Below are positions 36,976 through 48,525 of a stretch of 64,000 nt of DNA, in pieces. The translations under genes were made by a program, and so were the position numbers. The notes below the pieces were generated by a model. It had not been told where the DNA came from, ran no database searches, and saw only the letters and a list, made by a program, of their open reading frames with translations. Numbering within the stretch: the first letter of the stretch is position 1; every line of letters starts with the position of its first letter. Source of the stretch: Lama glama. Taxonomy: Eukaryota. Where the stretch lies: contig CM052820.1 in assembly GCA_028534125.1 (NCBI GenBank), forward strand, positions 2,480,001 through 2,544,000. The letters are read 5' to 3'.

Positions 36976-38179
36976 AGGCACCTTCTCCATCGGAAGCTGT
37001 TCCAGACTTCCCCGTCAACTACTCTGGGCGGCATCTCTCTAAAGCACGCATCGCAACCAGATCTGACCCCGGGTTAGGTTAAGGGTTAACGGGACCCTGC
37101 AGCCAGTGCCTCGGGTCTCAGTGTAACAGGTGTCACTTCTACTCACTCTGATGGCCTGTCCCTCCCCTCCTCACATCCTTGTTCTCCGTGTTCAGTCTTC
37201 TCTTCTTCAAGGATTCCTTGCCCAGCAGCTCATTCCTCTGAGCTTGAAGCTTATCCGGGATTAACATCACCCTGTTCTTGCCATCTATGGTTTGCCTAGG
37301 CAGCTCCTCGGGAACGCCAACACCAGCATCTCTCAGCAGCGCTCCCATCCTTCCTTCTTCCAAGGGCCCTTCCCTGACAGTGATCCAAGGCTCTCTCTGT
37401 AGGTCCCCAGGCCCCAGGAAACCAATGAGGCTAAGGGGTAAGAACCAGCCCCAAAGGTCTGGTCCAGGGCTGGAACTTTAAGTGCGGTCAGAGGAGAAGC
37501 ACGAACATGGACATTAAAAAATTCACCAGGCAGTCCTCAGCAAGGAATGTAATTTTCAAGTGTGTATTCATCAGAATCTATTTCTATACCTCTCCCTGGC
37601 ATTTAGCAGGAAGCTCCCCAGGGTCAAGGCAGTTTCATCATCTCGAACCTTCCAGAAACACTCAGCAGACGATTAGTTCCTAGCTGGGGAAGGAGCGATT
37701 ATTTGGGGTTCTCACTTTTTATCAAAGTTCCACAGAGGCCCAATAAAGTGGAAATCTGGGGTCCCTCTCTGTAGTGCTAACTGAATAACATGTTTCTTTT
37801 CCAAAGTGCGCCCTTTCACCTTTAAACACACCCATTCATAATCAACCACAAACCTTCCCCGCCTCACCCCCTGCCTGATTTTAAGGCCAAACTACCCCCG
37901 ACCCATGGTCTCAATACTGCTAGACCTCACAGACGGAGGATCCCGTCCAGACGGGAGATCCCATGAGATCAGCCAAAGTGGATTTCGGGACTGAGGTCGT
38001 TGAGGGAGCTGGAGAAATCCGGTCCAGCCTATTGGTTCTAAGGTCCAGAGCAGATAAATGCTCCAAACCACCCAGCCACTGGTGCCAGCCTCAGGGTGAG
38101 GGCACCGCCCCTGGGCGCCCATCTCTAGATGCTGTATTTTGTAAAACATCAAACCAGCAGTTCTGAGTGAAACCCTAGC

Positions 38180-40130
38180 CCACGCGCAGATCCGCGGCCG
38201 AGTCACCCAGCTGGGGAGAGCCTGTCAAAAGGCAGCCACGGGCACGCAGAGGAGACCAGGCTAAGTTCCGTCCCGTCCTGGTGAGGGGCGTTGCCCAGTA
38301 AAATGCGCTTTCCGGGGCACAAGGGGGGACAGAGCAAATGGAGCCGCGAACTGAACACAGGGCAGGAGCCCCCACCGCACATTCCCGCTTGCGGACGTTC
38401 GTTTAAGGGGGTCCCCGGTCAGGCGGAGCCCACCCCACACCTCACCAGGCAGCGACGACTGCAGCGGAAGGTGCCAACTGCCCTTGGCCCTAGAACATCA
38501 GCACGGACCGAACGTTCGCAATCAGAACCAAGTTTCGAAAATATCTTTTCCTCTTACCAGTTTCTGAGCCTCTGGGCTCAGACAGTCTATTTCCTTGTTC
38601 TGCGTGGCCGCGGGGTTGGTCATCCTGCCCGGCTACAAGTCCACTTTCTCACAGAGCCGGGAGGACACTCAGGGAACGCCGGGCTCCTGGGGTTCGCCGG
38701 CGGGCAGGCTCTCAGCGCAGCCGCATGCCGAGAACGGCGGGATCACTGTCCCGGGGACAAATCCGCGCGTCGGGACGGGAACCTCGCCCTTCCCGGGGCG
38801 GAGGCGCGCCACCGCGGTTCCCGGGCTTGGGCGCGGCCGTAGGGGCGGGCGCAGGTGGCCGGAGCCGGCCCTGCGGGGGGTGGGGACGCGGGGAGAAGGG
38901 GGATTGGGGCCGCCTCCCAGCGCGCCCCGCCCCCAGGGCCCCATCCCGTCCCCGACTAGCTCCACCCACGCAGGCCCCGCCCCGCCCCGCCCCGCCCCGC
39001 GCTCCACCCTCCCACCACGCCTGCGCTCCACCCCGCGGGGCCCGCCTCCGCCCCCTGCCGGTTCTCCACGCACTTGGATCCGGCCCGGTTCCCAGCCCGC
39101 GCGCTCCACCGCCCACCCCGCCCGCTCTGTCCCTAGGGAGCGACCCTCCCCGCGCCCCAGCTACGCGGTTATCAATCACCACCCAGCCCCCTCCTGCCCC
39201 ACCCGAAAGGCGGTTGGGGAAAAAAAAAAAAGACACCAGCTGGCCCCGCCCCGGCCGCCCACCCACCGGCAGAGGGAGGGAAGAGTCGAGAGGCCTCGGA
39301 AGAGCGGGGGGTGGGGTGGAGAGGTGGGAGGGTCCCGCGCGTGGCAGGGGTCCTCTTGCAGAGGGGCCTGGGAGGGGGCGGGTTCTGCGCAGGGGGCAGG
39401 GGGGTGTTCTCCGGTGGGGGAGCCAACGCCCGCGGGTCGGACTGCTAGCTAGACCCCGCGCCCTCGTGCCGTCGGTGCTGCGCTCCCGCCCGCGGTGTCC
39501 TCCTAACTCAGGCCAGATTGAACTTCTAGGGACGGGACAACCTCTGCCTGAGCACCGCAGCATCTGCTGGTCGGGGTAACCCGTTTACGCGTGACACCGA
39601 GAAAGGGCGGGCTTCCTGGACGACGAAGGTGCGCGGCCCGCGGGAGTGGGAACAAGCATCCCGGGGTCGGGTGCTCGCCCCGCCCGCCTCCCGTCAGCAA
39701 GCCGGTCGCAGAAGAACGCGGATGCCAGTCGGAGCAGATCCGGTATCTCTTAGTCCGTAGCGCTGCACCGTCCCGGGTCCGGTGAAAGGACTTGCGAGGC
39801 AGGGGCCCGGCGCCGCGCGGGGAGGGCGCGGAGAAGGGTGTCCCTGCGCCGGGACAGAGCCCCGCTGCCCAGCACGCACCTCCTCCAGCCGCAGAACACA
39901 CCTCGCTCTTTCTTTAAAAGCCCTACGTGCAAAGCAACCAAACATTTCCTGACCTCGCCAGGCTGAGGCAGAAGTGATAGAACGAAGCGAGGCAGATTTT
40001 CATCAGAATGCCATCCTGTGGCGCCTGGAACCTTCCCGCGCCCACTCCTGCGACCCGGCGTCCAGGCAGCCCTGGCCAACTCCTGCCCAAGCCCACGCCC
40101 GGGGCGCACGTTTTCAGAGGCCTTTCTCAG
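38180..40130. promoter_or_regulatory. LRRFIP1: CpG island / internal LRRFIP1 promoter
   Basis: Very GC- and CpG-dense; tandem GC boxes (ccccgccccgccccgcccgccccgc at about 38973-39000); overlaps the first coding exon; boundaries approximate. Confidence 0.9.
38558..38623 (-). CDS. LRRFIP1: LRRFIP1 first coding exon from the internal CpG-island promoter ([22 protein letters not shown])
   Basis: ATG in ggcAGGATG context with an in-frame TAG 12 nt upstream; 66 nt ending at CTG|gtaaga; matches recalled human N-terminus [22 protein letters not shown]. Confidence 0.95.
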
Positions 40131-42100
40131 AAAGACCACCTCCCCGCCTCAAAACGAGAACTTGCAACAGAATGGCTTGGCCTGCTTCTCTGCAGAGGCG
40201 GCTCCAGAGTCTTGAGACCACAAATTCACATTTAAGTGTTACAATCCCCCAGTTTCCCACTCTCTGTCACCCGAACCTAATTCTCGGTAACATGTCAGCG
40301 CACGACCTGCGTGTACACACCTTACCGCTCTGGCTTCAGGAAAAGGGGCTCTGGAATGAAAGGGCTGTGTGAGGGGGTGGGCGGGGAGGTTGGGGTGGAA
40401 GATTGGGCGGGCAGAGGAGGTTCTGAGGGACAGGAGGTCCCGACCTGGGAGGAAAAGAGGCCGAGTCAAGACCCAGAGGGGCTGCTGTGGGAGAAACTTA
40501 GCAGATTTCAGCTTTGATGAAGGCGAACACAGCGCCAAGCTGTGACGGAGAGCAGTGCTAGGTTCACAAGAATAACTTTCAGGGAGATTGAAATGCACAC
40601 TTTTAATACCTTGTTTTCTTGCTGTAACACTTTAAAAATGTTAGTGTGTTACAGTTCTCGAGTCTATAAAGTTAAGAGAATTGGAGAAGACATTAAGCTG
40701 TTCTGTATAAACAATTTAGGGTCTTAGGGAATCTATCCCGGAAAACAATGATAATTTTAGTCATAGCTTCAGAGATGAGAATGGTAGCCAGTTAATACAA
40801 CAGCCTTCTTGGAGCCTTCGGTTTGAATGTTCCAATCTAGATAAGCAAATTCTAGAGCTTCCTGCCACCTCAAACCCTATGACCGCATCTTCCAGAGCAG
40901 GGCACAGGGGACAGGCTTCACTTGTCTTGACTGTCACAGGGCAACGTGCCTGCAGACACCTGCCTCCTCCCCAATGCCCAGGTGGACATCCAGTTGCCAG
41001 TTATCAGCTTTATGAAAACCACATAGGGAAGGTGTCAGGTGGGCTCTGGAATTAAACCATCTGGTTCAGTTACTGGCAGCATGAAGGAAGCTGAGCAACA
41101 ACAGGTTAAAATGGCTGAGAAGTGGGAGAGATGGTGGTAGCCCCAGAGAAGGCAACAACCCACAGCCCCCACGACAGCTGTGAGAGGGGTCCGCTGCAGA
41201 TGCCAGGATGGCAGGACACTGTCACCCCCTAAATTTAGTCCCGGGAACAAAGGAACAACACCAGCGATAAAATAATCATGGTAAGTGCACCAGAGGTTTC
41301 TGATTCCACTAAGAAGCAGCAAACCAGAGAAAACCGCCACCATGACACCCTGCAAGCTGGGAGGCTGCTGTGTCCTGACATGTGCCCTCCTGTGAGGCGG
41401 TCAAGTCTCAGACCCTTCCCAGCTGTAGGGCAAGGATCAGTCTGTGTTGTAAACGGTGCTGAATTCACACTTCTTGGTATTATTTAGACCCCGGGGCCCC
41501 AGAACAGATTGTAGAGGGTCTAGCTGCCTTCTGTTCATTTTGATATAAGTAGCCCTCTCGTGAAAAGGGCCCCCCATGAAGCCCCTTCCCAGGCAGCCCC
41601 TCCTTTTTGTAAACTCAGCAAGGCCATGTGTGAGGGTAATTACTGAGTGACTGGAACCTACAAAGTTGATGCTGGGAAAGTCCACGCAGAAGCCAAAGAA
41701 AGGGGTGTGGCTGTGAAAGTAACACGTTGTAGAATGAGAACCATGGATGTGCACAAAAATTCCACCCCAGTACTCACAGCTCTACACTCAGCCTGGCAGA
41801 GTAATCTAAACCCTCTACCTTGAGGAAGAGAAAGCCAAAACCACCTGAGTGTGTGAGGGGAGAAGAAACAAGACTAGCCCAGGTTTCCATCCTCAGGGAG
41901 GCTGGCAGAGGAGATCCAGGGTGTCTTTGAATCGTCTGAGCAGCATATGGGGTGGGGAGCAAGGTGGGGAAGAGGGTGGCCAACCATCCGGCCTGTGCCC
42001 GTGTCAGACCAGCGTCTTTGTATGAAGAGCTGTGAGGTCAGTGGCACAGGTTCAGTGATCCCTTCCTTTGGTCAGCATGCCACTTCTAGCAGGCTGACTC

Positions 42101-42604
42101 TGTCATAGGGAAGAACAAATCTGACTCCATTTCAGATCTGCTCCTTCAGCTCTAACCCTGCGCTCTGTTTCCTGGGCTCAGTCCTGCTGGTTCTGCACCT
42201 TTTGCAAAAGATTGTTGCCTAGAGCCTGAAACACACAGAATAGCCTGTTCTCAATGCTCTGACCTTTAAGGGTAGAACACTTTTTCATTCACAGAGAGAC
42301 AGAAAGTTGCAGAGCAGAGAATAACACTGGTCACGTTGGAGGTTTACAGGAACATCATGACAGCTGCAAATACAAAGGATTCCAACACCAACAAGTTTGC
42401 AACAACCAACCACACCCCCTCCCCTTACAGCATAAAAGGAGACTGAATTCTGACTTGGGGAAGATGGTTCTCCAGGACACCAGGCCCCCATCTTCTCGGT
42501 CTGCTGACTTTCCAAATAAAGTCGTTATCCCTTGCCCCAGCATCTCATCTCCCAATTTATTGGCCTGTCGTGTGGCAAGTAGAACTAGTTTGGACTCAGA
42601 AACA
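42101..42604 (+). mobile_element. Solo ERV1-class LTR
   Basis: TG...CA ends, 4-bp TSD ACTC on both sides, TATA-like cataaaa at about 42431, AATAAA at about 42515. Confidence 0.88.
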
Positions 42605-43385
42605 ACTCTGCATTTTTAGCCCCATCCAAGGTGCCACACAGGCACTGACCTGCAAGCACACGGTCACTGTTTAAACCCAGGGACTCTGTCCTAAGAAGGA
42701 CTTTAGGTTATGTGAAAGCTCCGACTGTTCCTGACATTCCTAAAAGCCATAATGCTTGGGATCCTCTTGACAAAAGTGTAATGTCCGAAAACTCAAAAGC
42801 AGTTCTCCGATGTACAATAAGAGTACAAGCAGGAACTTAATTTCTGAAGGAACTCCTAGAAAAGCACAAAAGTAGAATGATCTAATTTTGTTCTAGGAAC
42901 ATCAGACTCACAGCTAACCAGCAAACGCCAGAACATTTAACCACTTTGGGGCCACACCCAAACTCCGTTTACTGGTCTCCATGGTGTCGGTCTGTTGCTA
43001 GGTTCGTCAGCTCCGCCTCCTAATGTGGTTGGGTTCTAAGTAAGACAAACCCTTCCAGGGATGGAGCACAGAGCAGAGGGCAGATGGGGAGGGCAGGGTG
43101 CATCTTGGCCACCCCACGGAACTGGTCAGATAGCTCACACAAAACCATTTTCCCAAATTGCAGGCATCACAGCTGTTTTGCATGAACGTGAATCACGGGT
43201 CAGGTTGATTACAGCAGAATAAACGTCTCTGCATTACTTCTACAAACAGTGAGCTTACATTTGTGTTATTACTTTGTATGAATCCTTTTGACTAATATAA
43301 AAAAACACTTCGTATATTAAAGCTGGTTCATGAAGTGATTACCCAGATTTGCACAGCACCTTTCAGTTTACAAAGCATTTTGTTA

Positions 43386-44411
43386 CAGACACACCTCAGA
43401 GATGCTGCTGGTTTGGTTCCAGACCACCTCAATAAAGTGAATATCACAATTAAGACAGTCACACACATTTTTTGGTTTTCGGGTGCATATAAAAGTTATG
43501 TTTACTCTATTCTGTAGTCTATTAAGTGTAAGAGCATTATGTCTAAAAAATCATGTACATAGCTTAACCTAAAAATGCTTTATTGCTAAAAAAAAGTGCT
43601 GATCATCATCGGAGCCTTCAGCAAGTCACAATCTTTTTGCTGGAGGAGGGTCCTACCTCTGTCTTGGTAGCTACTGACAGATCGGGGTGCTGGCTGCTGA
43701 AGGCTGGAGTGGCTGTGGCAATTTCTTAAAACAAGATGACAGGGAAGTTTGCCACACTGATTGAGTCTTCCTTTCACAAACCATTTCCCTGCAGCACGCC
43801 ACACTGCTGGAAAGCATTCTACCCACAGTACAACTGCTTTCAAAACCGAATCAGTCCTCTCAGACCCTGCTGCTGCTTTATCAGCTAAGTTTATGGAATA
43901 TTCCTAGTCCTGTGCTGTCATTTCATCAGTCTTCACAGCATCTTCACCAGGAGTAGATTCCATCTCGAGAAACCACTTTCTTTGCACCTCTGTAAGCAGC
44001 AGCTCCTCATCCGTTCAAGCTGCACCCTAAGCCTGCAGGNNNNNNNNNNNNNNNNNNNNNNNNNNNNNNNNNNNNNNNNNNNNNNNNNNNNNNNNNNNNN
44101 NNNNNNNNNNNNNNNNNNNNNNNNNNNNNNNNNNNNNNNNNNNNNNNNNNNNNNNNNNNNNNNNNNNNNGGATCTCTTCCAGTGAACCACAAATGGCATG
44201 TAGAATGGTGAATCCTTTCTAGAAGGTTTTTAATTTGCTTTGCCCAGATCCATCAGAGGGACCACTGTCTATGGCAGCTGGAGCCTTATGAAATGCATTT
44301 CTTAAATACAAGGTAGCCACAAACCTTCAATTTGTAAAACCAGACCAAACAAAACAACCCAGCATCTTCGAAGCACAACACAGCGAGATACAATAGAACG
44401 AGGTCTGCCTG
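43386..44411 (-). mobile_element. Tigger1 DNA transposon, internally deleted, both ends retained
   Basis: Ends ta|cagacacacctcagagat...ggttccagaccac and ccacaaaccttcaatttgtaaaa...aacgaggtctgcctg|ta; TA TSDs; decayed transposase 3' region. Confidence 0.88.
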
Positions 44412-47400
44412 TACACAAACATTGTATAACTTGTCCACAGAGGCACATTGGACGAGTGAAGCTGGGTTTTAACCCCAGTCCCTACTAAAAGTCCAAGCCC
44501 TTAACATCCGGCACGCTGCCTGACACAGAGGAGCGCCCTCCCCTGAGCCAGCCAGGGATCCTCACTGGGAACAGTCAGCAGACAGGCTGTCTCCCTGGGC
44601 TTAGTCTGGACCACCAACCCCATCCCCCACTCCTGGGGTGTTGGCAAAGCAGTGCACGGACCCAGGTCAAGGCCGTAGCTGGCCCTCCCAGTAAGCCCCA
44701 AGGCACTGGTGAAGCATCAAATGAGACAGTTAGACCCTGCCTGCTGCCCACGGAGAAAACTGTACCCCACAGTCAGCTGGCCCAGTGCAGGCCCAGTGAC
44801 CTTGGCCCTCCGGCCAGTAGCCTGACTGCTCCCAGTGGACAGAAACACTGGGAGCAAGAGTGGCTGGAAAGCAAGAGAGAGCTGGTTTCCAGCACTTCTA
44901 GCATCATTTGCCCCTGCTTACTGAGCACACACCTGTGCAGGGTGTCCTACAACCACGTACTTCATTCTCACAGCTGCCGATGACTCAGTCCTCACTCCAG
45001 ACCATGCGTGAGCTCTTCTGGAATGGGAGCATGTGCTCACCTAGGAGCATGGGGGGCACTTCATAACTGATGGAAGGGTGGATGGATGGATGGATGAGTC
45101 TCCCAATAAAACGGAGGACTCTGATAGCTTATCACAGACTCTCCTTGATCTTAAATACTTTATATTTTGGTAGCAAGTGGGAATAGAAACTGTCTTTTTA
45201 AAATGGCATGTCTTTAGGATTTTTTTTTGCATAACTATCTATAGCACCCAGTAATTCACCATACTTCTTTTTCATCTAATAGATTTTTAAAAAATCCCTT
45301 CAAATTTTCTAAGGCAGGCGATGAGTTTGAGTTTTGGTTGGACTGAATATGAAGTGGTGGCAGAAAGCCTGGAAGGAGGGGTCCCACGGGCACTTTGGCA
45401 CCAGAAGCACGAACTGGTTTAAGGTGATGATAAAAAATGGTAGCAGGTGTATAACAGAATAGAGGCTGAAGGAAGGAGTCTTGAGACTTCTGCCTTTAAT
45501 GAGTAAGAGGAGTGTTAAGAACAAGCCAAGACAATGGGGAGTGAGAGAAACAGAAAATACAGGCACCTTCTGGAAGCCCCTCTTTAGAAGGCTGGTGTGA
45601 ATATCAGTGCTAAACAGGCAGATGGAGTGAAGAGAAACAGGGTTTTCTAGTTGCCCTTAATTTGCAACTAGAAAAACATTGGCTGTTGTAGTCTCTTGCT
45701 GAAACTCTACAATTAAGCATTTTCAATGATTTCTGCACTTACAGTAAATGGCAGATTACAGCCCGGGAGGAAGATAATCAAGGGGAGGGTTTTGGCCGGG
45801 GAGAGATTTGTCCATTTGTCTGTCTGTTTGCAGGGATGGAAGAGACTTGAGCCTGTTTGGAGGCTGGAAAGGGGAAGTCAAGGGGAGTGAAGGAGCACGC
45901 AGCGGGGCGGGGAAGATGGCTGACCCTCCTCCAGGAACAGCCCGAGGTGGGGCGGGGCTGGGGCGGGGCAAGGGCGGGGCAGGGGCGGGGGCGTTTATGG
46001 GCTTTCAGGCTTTGGCCTGATTCTGAGCTAAGTGGGGATGAAAATACCAAAATGGCCAGGAGGGGAGAGAGAACCAGAAGCACGGGTCTGCTGCATCGAC
46101 TGTGGACCACAGAACTGAGGGAGGAAGAGCTGGAGGAACAGAAATTGAAGGCGGGGCGGTTTCAGTACCTGAGCACAGATCCCTTCCCCGGGGCTCCAGG
46201 AAGCCCAACAGTGTTGTCAGAGGGTAAAATCCATCCACATCCAAGATAATTTCTAACTTAGTTTACTCTTAAGTCCACAGCAGTATTGGGCATGAAGGGA
46301 GTATCCATTTTTCTAATCCATTCCTCAGAACTGCTGACCCTTGAAACCGGACCAGAGTGATCACAGAAGCACCCCCACATATCACCACCAAGGAGATGGC
46401 CACCGACACCTCCAATAAAGCATCTCTTAGGAAAGCCAAGTGTTTTTCACGAACAAAACACACTGCGAATATCAACCAATTATTTTACAAAAATATTGAG
46501 AACAAAACAACTCAAATCCATTACGTATTTCTCAGTCATATAGAAAAGGACTCTGAAAAGTCCCTCTAAGTCAACTCTAATGCAAAGAGAAAGATATCAG
46601 TGTATGCTCTCAGAATAGTCCATTTAAAATACGTTTGATCTGAATAGGTAGTGACATGGGAAAATATGCTTTACGTTCAACCACTGTACTCACTGGCTAA
46701 CGGAACACCCCACTGATAAGAAATAAATGAAACGCTTCGATACATATTCAGGGATAGAAAATTATACTTAAAAAAATAAAAGCAGTATTTCTTCCAGATA
46801 CTCACCCATTTATTTGGTGTTGGCTTCATTAATCTTGCCTATGAATTTAACATTCTAGGAGAGAGAATGTTCTTAATCAAAGCCATGAAACAAATCTTTA
46901 CTGTTAGCTGTAAAAATCCAGAAATCAATCAGGCTACAAATGTGACTGACAAACGTCATTCACAGAAAGGAAGTGTGGGGGATAGAGGAATTTATAATCT
47001 GAATTTAAACAGTACCAATAGCAAACAGGGAAATTTGTGTGCGCATAAGATGAATTCAAAGATTTAAAAATCAGGCACTCCTGCTAAACAGCTTGAAGGC
47101 AGCTTGACTGAAAACAGACAAAAACATCAGAAGCAAGCAACCTTCCAACCTAAGGTACAGATATTCCTAAAACAGCATCCCTAAAGTAATCTTTCTAAGA
47201 AAAAGACCTTTCCTAGAGGAAAAGCAAGACTGTAACCCATGTTAGCACAGCACTACAAACACATGTCCACACCCTAAAATAAGGGTCTTCCCCTCTGCAT
47301 TTCTGCCCCCAAAGTACAGTTCAAAGAAAAGTCATCAACTATCAGCCTCCACAAAAGTCCCAGACTATAAGCAGGGTTTTTTTTTAAATCATCAATTTTT

Positions 47401-47855
47401 AAGAACCAGATATCTTTACAGAAGACTTTAACATAGAACACAAAAGCCTCACCTCTGAAAAATGAAGATTTTAGATCAACTTCAAGAGAAGTTTAAGGAA
47501 GAGCAAAGAACAGCAGTCTGGAGAGACATGTTTGGCGTGAGAGTGGAAATTCTGGAACAACTGGAGATCAAATAGCCACTCCTGACCACGTCATCTCTGA
47601 GCAGCAGCAGAGGTCAATTAAAAGCACCTTTATACCCAGCACCTCACCAGGCAGCTTCGACCCGCCTTTCATTAATGGGAGGGTGGGGTTCCTAAGTCCA
47701 CTGAAGGTTTTCCAAATGCCTCTTCTGACCAGTGCGTTTGGTATTTGTTACTCAGATTACAATGAAGCCCCCTCCTCTTAACCCCACTTCTGTTGAGGCA
47801 TCTGTATTAAATGTGGGATTAGATTTTATGGGGAAACTCTAATATAAATATAGAG

Positions 47856-48069
47856 CAGAGTTTCTTAACCGTAGCACCATTGACATTTTAGGTCATATAA
47901 TCCTTCGATGGGGCGCTGTCCTGTGCATCACAGGGTGACCAGCAGCGTCCCTGGCTGCCACACATGAGGTGCCAGCAGCACTCGCCACCCTACCTGTGAT
48001 CCCCGGAAGTGTCTCCAGCCATTGCCAGATGTCCCCTGGAAAGCAACGGGAACCCCCTGAGAACCCCTG
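47856..48069 (-). mobile_element. MER20 hAT-Charlie MITE
   Basis: cagagtttcttaacc...tgacatttt...tgtctccagccattgccagatgtcccctgg...tgagaacccctg, flanked by atatagag/atctagac. Confidence 0.85.
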
Positions 48070-48234
48070 ATCTAGACAGACTTGTGCCTTCCCCCAAGGC
48101 ACCCACGTTGCAGAAGCACATTGACTCATCACCTTATGCGGGCAAGTCACGCCCCGACAGATCCACAGCGGAACGTGCACAGAAATAATGTCAAGATAGA
48201 CTATTTCAACAAGCATCTAACATCTGGGGCCCTC

Positions 48235-48525
48235 TTTTTTTTAAATTGAAGTGCAGCTGATTTACAATTATTGTGTTAGTTTCTAGTGTACAGCATAGTG
48301 ATTCAGTTATACACATATATTCTTTTTCATTATAGGTTATTACCAGGTATTGGATATAGTTCCCTGGGCTGCACAGCAGGACTTTGTTGTTTATATCTGC
48401 TGATTCCAAACTCCCAACTGTCCCTTCCTGCCTTTCCCCTTCAGTAACCATACATTTGTTTTCTACATCTGTGAGTCAGTTTCTGTTTTGTAATTAAGTT
48501 CATTCGTATCATTTTTTTAGATTTC
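48235..48525 (-). mobile_element. 5'-truncated LINE-1 3' end
   Basis: ttgaagtgcagctgatttacaa...tgtacagcatagtgattcagt...atagttccctg artiodactyl L1 3'UTR signature with poly(T). Confidence 0.85.

Noticed and set aside
38446-38557. Alternative downstream donor CTG|gtgagg extending the first coding exon
   Set aside because: The 112-nt extension is out of frame and contains an in-frame TGA
1195-38623. Paralogue LRRFIP2 or a processed pseudogene
   Set aside because: Peptides match LRRFIP1-specific sequence, and the introns have canonical splice sites
38291-40372. Long overlapping ORFs (up to 285 aa) on both strands
   Set aside because: Pro/Arg/Gly-rich by-products of a stop-poor CpG island; the real coding part is the 66-nt exon
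46269-46475. Hydrophobic 68-aa minus-strand ORF resembling a TM peptide
   Set aside because: Non-ATG start, no clear splice sites, no recognisable homology
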